Source: an uncultured delta proteobacterium
Lineage (GTDB): Bacteria > Desulfobacterota > Binatia > UBA9968
Direction of reading: 5' to 3'
Assembly: GCA_963755715.1 (NCBI GenBank)
Contig: CAVWLW010000064.1
Location: forward strand, 114,559-178,558
Length of the DNA stretch: 64,000 bases
In this document: piece by piece, positions 30,284-39,082 of the stretch
Layout: the number at the start of each line of letters is the position of its first letter
How positions within the stretch are numbered: the first letter of the stretch is position 1
Program-made: the position numbers and the translations under genes
The notes under the pieces: generated by a model
Databases searched by the model: none
What the model was told of the DNA's origin: nothing
What the model saw: the letters and a program-made list of their open reading frames with translations, nothing else

Positions 30284-31315
30284 TCACTCGCCCATGACTT
30301 TCTTCATCGCCGCGACGACATCGGCAGGCTGGCTCATCACTTCCTTCGCCAACACTTCGAGCTCGTCACCGTGAATCAGCTCAGGTTCCAGGCCCTGTTT
30401 CTTGGCATCGGCAATGAGCTCGGGGCTAGTGAGTCCTTTGGCATAACCGGCGCGTAAAATCTTGGTTAGATCGGCCGGGGTTCCCGGAGCGGCGAACATC
30501 GGCGCCGAGCCGAATTCGCCCGAACCAAGCATCACTGTCACCAATCGCCGATTCAAATCGGACGTCTTGTATTGATCCATCAGCTCGCTGAGCAGCGGCG
30601 TATCGGGTATCCGGGGGTCGCGCTTCTTTCCCGCATACACCAAAGCCCGCACTTGGTTCTTGCTGCGCCAAGTGTGAAACGGCTCCCGTCCATAAAAAAC
30701 CTGGATGGTGAAGGCGCGGCACTGCACTTCGCCGCGCTCGACGGCGATTTCGATGTCCGCGCCGCCCTGGTACCCCGTAACGATTTGAAACTTCGCGCCG
30801 ATGGCCTCTTCAAGCAATCTCGGCAGATAATAACCGGTATTGCCGGTGCCCGTTGCGCCGCACTTCGGCGGCACGCTCGCAGTGCGCACGTCATGAATCG
30901 TTTTGTAGGGAGTGTTTGCCCACATGTATAGGAGCGGGCTTGTTGGCGTCGTGCTGCCGACCCAGGTGATTTTCGACCAGTCGTATTGAACTTCTTTCTT
31001 TTTGAGGAGCTGTTCGAAGTAAAGTGCCGCGTTATTGACGCCAAGAGTCAAGCCATCGGGCTTCGCCACACTGTAAATGTAGTTGGTCGCCGTCATCGCG
31101 CCGGCGCCGGCCATGATTTGAACTATCGTTGCGGGGTTGCCGGGAATCTGTTTGGTCAGCTGCGGCGCGATCAGCCGCGCCCAGAGATCGTGGGCGCTGC
31201 CGGCCGGATAGCCGACGATGATGCGGATCGTCTTGCCCTGAAAGTAAGGAGTTTGGGCAAAAAGCTCTGCGGCCCAGAAAAAAATCAGTAGAAAGCCGAT
31301 GCCGGTCTTTCTCAT
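30284..31315 (-). CDS. TctC/Bug-like substrate-binding protein
   Basis: FQGKTIRIIVG, IPGNP, KPDGLTL and GYQGG motifs; start MRKTG after GGAGG. Confidence 0.9.
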   Translation of the reverse strand: MRKTGIGFLLIFFWAAELFAQTPYFQGKTIRIIVGYPAGSAHDLWARLIAPQLTKQIPGNPATIVQIMAGAGAMTATNYIYSVAKPDGLTLGVNNAALYFEQLLKKKEVQYDWSKITWVGSTTPTSPLLYMWANTPYKTIHDVRTASVPPKCGATGTGNTGYYLPRLLEEAIGAKFQIVTGYQGGADIEIAVERGEVQCRAFTIQVFYGREPFHTWRSKNQVRALVYAGKKRDPRIPDTPLLSELMDQYKTSDLNRRLVTVMLGSGEFGSAPMFAAPGTPADLTKILRAGYAKGLTSPELIADAKKQGLEPELIHGDELEVLAKEVMSQPADVVAAMKKVMGE

Positions 31316-31475
31316 ATCGCCTCCATATAAATAAATCCGTTTGTGCGGATCCCTTGCCAAACCGTCGCCGCCTGGAACATAAGGCAGATCGAAATCGAAG
31401 GTCAAGAATAATCGTTTTCAATCGGCGCGAGAGCCGCTGACCACTGCCCATGCCGCTCGGTTTCTCGATTTTACC

Positions 31476-31505
31476 TTGACAGGAACGATCGAGCCGTCGT
31501 TTAAT
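31476..31505 (+). promoter_or_regulatory. Possible sigma70 promoter upstream of the pilin gene
   Basis: TTGACA, 18 nt, TTTAAT. Confidence 0.4.
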
Positions 31506-31643
31506 CCGGGGCAAATGAAATGGCTAAGAGACAAGGTGACCTCGGGCGAGATTTTCGCGAGAGCTGTTCCGAAGTTCTTTTCTAGCTTTGCTTTGGCTTA
31601 CGACCGGTTAGGAGAGGTGCGGTGGAGGAGAGGGGAAATCGGC

Positions 31644-32033
31644 ATGAAGTTCCGTCAAGTAAAGTCTTTTTCAGAACGCGCGAAGCCCAAAGACGGCTTC
31701 ACTTTGGTCGAGATACTAGTCGTGATCGCCGTCATCGGTCTGCTCGCCGCGATCGCGATACCGCAGTTCATCCGCTATCGCAGCGAGGCGATTGACGCCG
31801 AGATGAAATCGGATCTACGAAATGCCTCGGTCGCCATCGAAGCTTATTATGCCAAGCAATCCGTGCTTCCGGCTTCACTCGCCGAGATCGCCGGGTATGG
31901 CTTTCAACCAAGCGGTGGCGTGACTGTATCCCTCGTCATCGTATCGACCACTTCTTACACCCTCAATGCGGCCACGCCTGGCGGCACTCAGCCAAGCTTT
32001 ACCTACGATAGCATCACCGGCTCGACTCACTAG
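31644..32033 (+). CDS. Type IV pilin (111-aa mature protein)
   Basis: Class III signal G|FTLVEILVVIAVIGLLAAIAIPQF; SDLRN segment as in deltaproteobacterial PilA. Confidence 0.9.
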   Translation: MKFRQVKSFSERAKPKDGFTLVEILVVIAVIGLLAAIAIPQFIRYRSEAIDAEMKSDLRNASVAIEAYYAKQSVLPASLAEIAGYGFQPSGGVTVSLVIVSTTSYTLNAATPGGTQPSFTYDSITGSTH

Positions 32034-32062
32034 GGGCTTAATGAAACGCAAAGGGGCAAAGA

Positions 32063-32353
32063 ATGATCCACGAAATCATCACTCAACACGTCGCGCCGGA
32101 CAAACGCGATGAATACATTCAAGTTTTTGGCGACATTTTAAAGAAAGCCAATTACCCCGGCTCCCATGCCATCAAGTTTTTCACCAGCATCGAAGATCCG
32201 AGCCGCGTGATTTTGATGATCGAATGGGACAGCGTCGAAGCCCACACCCAACACCGCGGCACACCGACCCACAACGCGATGCGAGAAGCGACGGCACGCT
32301 ATCAAACCCAAAAGAGCGACGGCGGGCATTTTTTTCTGCATGAGGTTAAATAA
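32063..32353 (+). CDS. Antibiotic biosynthesis monooxygenase (ABM, dimeric alpha-beta barrel) protein
   Basis: 96 aa with IEDPSRVILMIEWDSVEAH motif. Confidence 0.85.
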   Translation: MIHEIITQHVAPDKRDEYIQVFGDILKKANYPGSHAIKFFTSIEDPSRVILMIEWDSVEAHTQHRGTPTHNAMREATARYQTQKSDGGHFFLHEVK

Positions 32354-32376
32354 GCATTCGGTGCTCGTGATCGCGA

Positions 32377-32515
32377 CTAGCAGGTCGCTGGAAAAAGGGT
32401 TCGGAATGCTTCGACGAGCTCAGCATGAACGGAACAACTCTAACGATCTCAAAATATCTCCGTTCGTCCTGAGCTTCGTCGAAGGACTCCTAGAGGGTCT
32501 TCTGTAACCTGCTAG
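32377..32515. mobile_element. MITE-like element with CTAGCAGG ends and an internal REP-like inverted pair
   Basis: Termini ctagcaggt and acctgctag; inner cttcgacgagctcagcatgaacgga (32409-32433) and tccgttcgtcctgagcttcgtcgaag (32459-32484). Confidence 0.7.
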
Positions 32516-32543
32516 ATAAACTTCTCCGCAAGGGAGACTACGG

Positions 32544-33740
32544 ATGGACGCACAAGAAAACGAAACCATGACCCGCGTCGGACCGGGCACGCCGGCTGGG
32601 GAGACCCTCCGGCGCTATTGGCTACCTGTACTTTTTTCGGACGAGATCAACTCGGAACAACCAAAAATTGTCCGCCGCCTCGCGGAAGACCTGTTACTGT
32701 TCCGGGACGAATTCGGCCGGGTCGGCTTGACCGAACCCACATGCCCGCACCGCGGCACGTCGCTCGAATACGGCTGGATCGAAGCCGGCGGCATCCGTTG
32801 CTGCTATCATGGCTGGGTCTACGACGTGAATGGACGCTGCATCGATCAGCCGGGCGAGCCCTCTGGAAGCAATTTCAAAGACAAGATCAAGCTCAAAGCC
32901 TACCCAACCCGAGAGCACGGCGGCATCGTCTGGGCCTATATGGGCCCCGGCGAACCGCCACCTTTTCCACGTTACGACTTTCTCGTCCGCGACGATGGCG
33001 AACGCACGCTCAATGGCTACCTGCGCGAGTGCAACTTCATGAACCAGCTCGACAATTGTCTCGATCCGGTGCACGCCACCATCCTGCATGGCCGCGACGT
33101 GAACGGCGTGCGGCAGAATCCGGAACGTGCCGAAAGCCCCGAGTTCGAAGTGCTCGCCGACGACCTATTCGCCAGTTACGTGGCGCGCCGCCAGGGACCG
33201 GAACCGGGGAAAGAATGGCACCGCGAAGTCTCCTACACGCCGCCGATTCTCGTCGTCCACGACGGCGGCTCGCTTCCTGGCGACTCGAACGCATACTTTG
33301 CCGACGTCGCCTGGCGTATGCCTGTGGATGACTGCAATACCTATTCGTTTATCTTGAAGTTTTATCCGTTCAAAGATGGCCAATCGACGATTCGGCCGGC
33401 GCGGAACTCGCCGAAGCCTCCGCCGCTCATGCGCGGCACGTATTTGAAATTCGACATGACTACGGTCAACGGCCAGGACGCCGCGGCACAGATCGGCCAA
33501 GGCCGCATCGCTGACCGAACAGCGGAACATCTCGGCTTCTCGGACCGCGGCGTTATCCAAGTGCGCAAGCTCTGGTTGTCGGCAATCCAAGCGGTTCAGC
33601 GCGGCGACGACCCGCCCGGCATATTGCGCGACCTCCAAGACAACGAAATGCTCCACTTCGACGTCGTTGGCTCCGGACGCCTGGTGAATAAGGGCGAGAT
33701 GGTTGATCACCTGCCGCGTATTCTGCGCTATCGCAAATGA
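32544..33740 (+). CDS. Rieske non-heme iron oxygenase alpha subunit (phthalate 4,5-dioxygenase-like)
   Basis: TRVGPGTPAG, CPHRG...CCYHGW and D-x2-H-x4-H (DPVHATILH) motifs; EHLGFSD. Confidence 0.92.
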   Translation: MDAQENETMTRVGPGTPAGETLRRYWLPVLFSDEINSEQPKIVRRLAEDLLLFRDEFGRVGLTEPTCPHRGTSLEYGWIEAGGIRCCYHGWVYDVNGRCIDQPGEPSGSNFKDKIKLKAYPTREHGGIVWAYMGPGEPPPFPRYDFLVRDDGERTLNGYLRECNFMNQLDNCLDPVHATILHGRDVNGVRQNPERAESPEFEVLADDLFASYVARRQGPEPGKEWHREVSYTPPILVVHDGGSLPGDSNAYFADVAWRMPVDDCNTYSFILKFYPFKDGQSTIRPARNSPKPPPLMRGTYLKFDMTTVNGQDAAAQIGQGRIADRTAEHLGFSDRGVIQVRKLWLSAIQAVQRGDDPPGILRDLQDNEMLHFDVVGSGRLVNKGEMVDHLPRILRYRK

Positions 33741-34870
33741 AAACTTTGCCCCATAGAAACACCGGCCGAATTTTTTTTTACGCGTTTATCGCGATTGTGG
33801 TCTCTTTGTTTGCGCCGGATTTCGCGCTTCACGCAGCACAACCACGCCCGGATTGGAAACCGGAGTGGGAAACGACTCAACGAGCAGCGCAGAAAGAGGG
33901 CCGGCTAGTCGTCTATGGACCACCCGGCGTCGATCAGCAGAAACTTTACACTGAAATTTTCCAGCAAACTTTTCCCAAGATCAAGGTGAATTATACGCCG
34001 GGACGCATGAGCGAGATAATGTCTAGGATCATGGCCGAGCAGCGCGCCGGCATGCGCCAAGCCGATCTGGTTCTCGGCGGGACAGACAGCTTACTTGGAA
34101 CCTTGAAGGAGAAGGGATTTCTTCAGCCGATCCGCCCGGTCCTCGTCCTCCCGGAGATTCTCGACACTGCGGCATGGTTCAAAGGAAAACTTTGGTTCGC
34201 CGACAAGGAAGATAAATTTATTCCCATGTGGCGCGCCGTGCCCTACACCGCCGCTTGCGTTAACACCAATCTCGTCAAGCCCAACGAGCTGAAAAGCTAT
34301 TGGGATCTTTTGCAGCCCAAGTGGAAAGGAAAGATTGTTTCGCAGGATTTGCGCGTCGGCAGCGCGCGCAATCAAATGTACACGCTCTACGCGCGCAAAG
34401 ATCTCGGTCCGGAATATTTAAAGCGTCTTTATAGCGAGATGGATGTGACGCTCTCCCGAAACTTGCCGCAAATCGCCGACTGGGTCGCCGGCGGCAAGTT
34501 CGCCATCGCTATCGGCGGGGTGGATTGCGACGACTTGGCCGCCAAGGGGCTGCCCGTGGTGCCGATCCATCTCGAAGGGGTCGCCGCCGTCGGCGCCGGC
34601 ACCGACCCGGCGTCGTGGCTTGCTTCGTCGCCGAACACCAACGCGGCCAAAGTGTTCTTGAATTGGATTTTAAGCCGCGATGGGCAGACACAGTTCCAAA
34701 AACTGACGCGCGAGAACTCTCTCCGCGTCGACATCCCCAAAGAAGGCATCGTCAATCCTTTTTCCATCCTCGACCCCAAGCGCGAATACCTGTTCACCGG
34801 CCTGGAAGAATACAAAGATAAGATCAACGAATTTCGTCCCTGGCTGGAATCGCTGGTTGTAAGAAAATGA
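33737..34870 (+). CDS. Extracellular solute-binding protein (Fe/polyamine-type)
   Basis: Signal peptide; AAQKEG, LLQPKWKGK and NAAKVFLNWILSRDGQ motifs; 4-bp overlap with the Rieske gene. Confidence 0.88.
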   Translation: MKTLPHRNTGRIFFYAFIAIVVSLFAPDFALHAAQPRPDWKPEWETTQRAAQKEGRLVVYGPPGVDQQKLYTEIFQQTFPKIKVNYTPGRMSEIMSRIMAEQRAGMRQADLVLGGTDSLLGTLKEKGFLQPIRPVLVLPEILDTAAWFKGKLWFADKEDKFIPMWRAVPYTAACVNTNLVKPNELKSYWDLLQPKWKGKIVSQDLRVGSARNQMYTLYARKDLGPEYLKRLYSEMDVTLSRNLPQIADWVAGGKFAIAIGGVDCDDLAAKGLPVVPIHLEGVAAVGAGTDPASWLASSPNTNAAKVFLNWILSRDGQTQFQKLTRENSLRVDIPKEGIVNPFSILDPKREYLFTGLEEYKDKINEFRPWLESLVVRK

Positions 34871-34928
34871 CGTGCGGCGGCACAAATATCCTGGGGGTTA
34901 AGGTGCCTATCGTGCAAATCAAATCGTG

Positions 34929-35035
34929 AACCACCGCAGGACATCGACCACACTGCGATGAGAGAAATGACAGCGCGTTATCAAACCCAAAAAAGCGCCG
35001 GCGCGCACTTTATTCTGCACAAAGTTAGAACCTGA
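34929..35035 (+). pseudogene. Decayed copy of the 3' end of the ABM gene
   Basis: Translates as AMREMTARYQTQKSAGAHFILHKVRT-stop, versus AMREATARYQTQKSDGGHFFLHEVK-stop at 32249-32353. Confidence 0.8.
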
Positions 35036-35144
35036 CTGCCGGCAATGAATGTGAGATTCGTCTGCCCTTGACGCTGGTTCGCGAGATCGCATAGGTTTGA
35101 CTGAACATTGACTGCTTGCAAGTAGCCGAGAGGAGGCTTTAATC

Positions 35145-36806
35145 ATGGCCGACGATACGAACGGAACTGAAAAAATCTCCGTGCTCAATCCGGTAGGATT
35201 TCCGCCCAAGATCACGCCCAAGCCGATGGCGCCGCGGCTGGAAAGCCTGGACGGCAAAACCATTTATTTAGTCGACCCCCGCTTCGACGACTCGGGGCTG
35301 TTTCTGCGCCAGGTGCAAGACTGGTTCGCCGAGCACATGCCCTCTGTGAACACCAATCTTGTGGAGATGTCGAGCGTCTACACCAAGGACGATCCGAAAA
35401 CCTGGGAGATGATCAAGGCCAACGGCGACGGCGCCATCATCGGTGTCGGCCATTGAAGCACTTGCGCGCCGGCGGTCGCCGTGCACGCAATCGCTCTCGA
35501 TAGCAAATACGGTGTGCCCACCGTGGCTATCCACACTAACGTCTTCGAGAAGGCCGTGCAGTCGGTGACGCGCATGCATGGAATGCCCCAAGCGCGTTAC
35601 ACTTTCGTGCCCCAACCGGTCATGGGCAAGACCGCCGAACAGCTACGAGCGTACGTCGACGGCAAGAGCCCGATCAGTGGCCGCCCAGTGATGCAGGAAG
35701 TCATCGAAGGACTCACCCGCCCAGCCGAAGGCGATCATCTGAAGGAAATCAAGTTCGAGCGCTCCACGCCGAGATTGGTGGACTCCGATACAGACGACAA
35801 CCTGCATCATCTGTTCCTGGAAAATAATTGGACGGACAAGTTACCGATCGTTTTGCCGACGGAAAAGCGGGTAGCGGAAATGCTCGCGCATACGAGCCGC
35901 AAGCCGGACGAGGTCGCCGGGCATATCCGCTCGAACCAATTTCGTCAGCACTGGGAATTCACCGTCGAAAAAGTCGCGGTCAATGCCGTGATGGCGGGCG
36001 CGAGCCCGGAATATTTTCCGGTGATCCTGGCCTTGGCGGCAAGCGGCGTGAGCGCGCGCGGCAGCACGACGAGCTCGATGGCCGCAATGGTCGTCGTCAA
36101 CGGCCCGATCCGAAATGAAATCGGCATGAACTCGGGCACCGGCGCCATGGCGCCTTACAATCACGCCAACGCGACCATCGGGCGTGCTTATGGTTTGCTA
36201 TCGCAAAATCTCCAGGGCGGGTCGATCCCGGGAGACAGCTACATGGGCTCCCAGGGCAATGGCTACGCCTACGGCAGCGTGACGTTCGCCGAGAATGAGG
36301 AGCGCAGCCCGTGGACGCCTTTTCACGTGCAGCATGGGTTCAAGCCGACGGACAGCACGGTGAGCATATTTACCGGCTGCCGCTCCACGGCGTTCACGCT
36401 CGGCGTGCGCGAGAAATACTGGCGCGAGCATGTGCGCAACATGCTGCGCGGCATGGACGCGCACAGCGCACCGACGTTTCTGCTCGACCCGATCGCGGCG
36501 CGCCAGTACATCGACCGCGGCGGCTTCGACACCAAGGAAAAAATGATCGAATGGGTTTACGAAAACGCGCTGATGCCCGCGGGTGAGTATTGGGATTATC
36601 AGCTGATCCAGAATTACATTTACCCGCGTGCGACGTTCGGCGAAGAACCCTACGCATCGAAGCTGAAAGCGGCGCCGGAGGAAATGATCAAGATGTTCAA
36701 GCCCGATGAAATTCACATCGTAGTCGTCGGCGGCGAAACCAACGGCTACTGGCGCATCATGGGATGCAACTATCAGAAGACCGTTTCAGTGGATGAATGG
36801 AGATAA
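35145..36806 (+). CDS. Predicted selenoprotein (UGSC-family-like UxxC domain fused to a large conserved domain), 553 aa with Sec at codon 104
   Basis: Two ORFs in one frame separated only by TGA 35454-35456; readthrough gives IIGVGH-U-STCAPAVAV; SECIS-like hairpin follows; no RBS before 35481. Confidence 0.88.
35457..35490 (+). promoter_or_regulatory. Bacterial SECIS-like stem-loop
   Basis: ttgcg/cgcaa lower stem, gc/gc pairs, bulged T, cggc/gccg upper stem; GGTC apical loop at 35474-35477, 17 nt after the TGA. Confidence 0.75.
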
Positions 36807-36811
36807 AAACT

Positions 36812-36883
36812 CGTAAGGGGTGAATGGTAAGGGGTCAGGCGTCCCTCCGATACACCTTACGCCTCACCCCTAACCCCTCACGC
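36812..36883. repeat. 7-bp-period inverted repeat
   Basis: cgtaaggggtgaatggtaaggggtcaggcgt ... acaccttacgcctcacccctaacccctcacgc. Confidence 0.7.
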
Positions 36884-36905
36884 ATCTTCAGAGGGCAACC
36901 TCGGT

Positions 36906-37832
36906 ATGGCTGACTACGACGTCATAGTCATCGGGTCCGGCCTAGCCGGTCTGACCGCCGGCCTATTCGCTGCCCGCTGCGGTCTCTCGACCTTGGTCAT
37001 GGAATCGAACATTCCCGGCGGTCATTTGATCAGCATCGAGAAGATCGAGGACTTTCCTGGCTTTCCCGACGGTGTCGCCGGCTACGAATTATGTCCGACA
37101 GTGCAGCGCCAAGCCGCCGACCAGGGCGCCGAGTTCCAACGCGCCGAAGTGCAGAGCCTCGAAGCAAGGGATCGCCTTTGGTCGGTTAACACCGACGAAG
37201 AATCCCACCTAGCCAAAGCGGTCATCGTCGCCACCGGATCGACGCTCAAAGACCTCGGTATCCCAGGCGAAGCGAAGCTGCTCGGCCGCGGCGTCAGTCA
37301 TTGCGCGAGCTGTGACGGGCCGCTTTACAACGGGCAAGTCGTCGGCGTCGTTGGCGGCGGCGACTCTGCTTTGCAGGAAGCGCTCACGCTTTCGAGCTAC
37401 GCCGAGTCCGTTGTAATTTTTAACCGGGAAGAAAGTTTTTCCGGCCAACATTCCTATCTCCAAAGAGCTTTGAGCGATCCAAAGATATCGTCGCGCTATC
37501 GAACCGCTGTGGAAGAAATTTTAGGTGACGACGTCGTGAGCGGCGTGCGCGTGCGCGAGTTGTTAACCAATGAAGTATCGCAAATCGACTTGGCCGGTTT
37601 ATTCGTTTACGTCGGCATGAAGCCGAATACTGCATTCTTGAAAGGCCTCGTGAAACTCAGCGATACTGGGCACGTGCCGACCGATGGCTCGATGAAAACC
37701 GAGCGTGACGGTCTCTATGCCGCCGGCGATATTCGTCAGGATTCGGCGGCGCAAGCGATCGCTTCGGCGGGCGATGGCGCCACCGCCGCAATCGCGGCAT
37801 ACAGTTATATCCAATTGGCTTTTCCCAAATAG
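36906..37832 (+). CDS. trxB: Thioredoxin reductase-like flavoprotein
   Basis: IGSGLAG, GVSHCASCDG (CxxC), GGGDSALQEA, YAAGD and AGDG motifs. Confidence 0.88.
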   Translation: MADYDVIVIGSGLAGLTAGLFAARCGLSTLVMESNIPGGHLISIEKIEDFPGFPDGVAGYELCPTVQRQAADQGAEFQRAEVQSLEARDRLWSVNTDEESHLAKAVIVATGSTLKDLGIPGEAKLLGRGVSHCASCDGPLYNGQVVGVVGGGDSALQEALTLSSYAESVVIFNREESFSGQHSYLQRALSDPKISSRYRTAVEEILGDDVVSGVRVRELLTNEVSQIDLAGLFVYVGMKPNTAFLKGLVKLSDTGHVPTDGSMKTERDGLYAAGDIRQDSAAQAIASAGDGATAAIAAYSYIQLAFPK

Positions 37833-37858
37833 GCGATCCTCGCCGAGAGGAAGCTAGT

Positions 37859-38915
37859 GTGAAAAAACTTGGCCCCGCGCTCTCCCTTGCACTCTTCTCT
37901 CGGTGCATTCGCGTGGAGTTTGGTTTTGGTTCCACGTCTCCACGCCCAATCGAATTTCTTTCAGGGGAAATCGGTACGAGTCATCCGCGGCGGCCAGCCC
38001 GGCGATCTTTACGATCTTTGGACAAGACATATCGCGACCTACTTGGGAAAACACATTCCTGGCAACCCGAGCGTCACCGTACAAAACATGCCGGGCGCCG
38101 GCTCCGTCATCGCGGCGAATTACATCTACAACGTCGCCAAGCCAGACGGCCTCACGCTCGGCTCGATCAATCCCGGTATCTATATGGATCAATTGATCGG
38201 CCGCAAAGAAGTACAGTACGATTGGGCGAAGTTCAACTGGCTCGGCACGCCGGAGCAAACCGAATCGGTGTTTTTCTTTCGCGGCGATAGTCCGTACAAG
38301 ACGATCGACGATCTGCGCAAGGCAAACGATCCGCCCAGATGCGGCTCTACCGGCACGGCCTCGACGACCTATCATATTCCCAAACTGTTAGAGGAAGTGT
38401 TCGGCGTCAAATTCACCATCATCACCGGATACCAAGGCGCCGCAGACATCGACGTAGCACTCGAACGAGGTGAGTTGCAGTGCCGCCTGATTACCATTGC
38501 GGCATTTTTTGGCCGCGAGCCGCACATCAGTTGGTTTAAGAAAGGCTTCACACGCCCCTTCGTGCAGACTGGCAGGAAACGCGATTCTCAGCTTCCGGAA
38601 ACGCCCACGGTCTATGACTTGATGGACCGATACAAAAGCCGGGATGCCGACCGCCGCCTTGCCATCCTAGTCATGGCGCCTAATGAGTTTGGCCGGCCGT
38701 GGACCGCGCCGCCGGGGATGGCCGCGGATCGAATAGACATTCTGCGCGACTCATGGAGTAAAACACTCAAAGATCCCGAGTTAGTAGCCGAGGCAAAAAA
38801 GCGCAATTGGCCGGTGGAGCCCGTCGGCGGCGAGCAGCTCGCAGCGCTGGCGAAAGACGTCATCGCCCAGCCGCCGGAAGTCATCGCCAGATTGAAAAAA
38901 CTTTTAGCGGAGTAA
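37859..38915 (+). CDS. TctC/Bug-like substrate-binding protein, frameshift in the signal peptide near 37900
   Basis: GTG 37859 after GAGG gives MKKLGPALSLALF; body has FQGKSVRVI, IPGNPSVTVQNMPGAG and KPDGLTL motifs. Confidence 0.88.
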
Positions 38916-38942
38916 GTAAATTTTTCAAGCCCAGACTATCTT

Positions 38943-39069
38943 GCAGGTCGATCAAAAAGGAACCAGATGCAAGGCGCGCGATTGACCGACGAGCGGAGGC
39001 GTACGTTGAGTACGTTGGAGCGAGGCGGTTGAGCGCAACGAAGCAGGTGGGCCTTTTTCATCGGCCTGC
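38943..39069. mobile_element. 127-bp MITE-like element
   Basis: 18-bp terminal inverted repeats gcaggtcgatcaaaaagg and cctttttcatcggcctgc (16/18 match); central cgtacgttgagtacg. Confidence 0.75.
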
Positions 39070-39082
39070 CTAAGGAGGTAAT

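Noticed and set aside
31506-31640. c-di-GMP/GEMM riboswitch in the pilin leader (GGGCAAA seen)
   Set aside because: No following GNRA-capped P2 stem or GCAAA-P3 architecture
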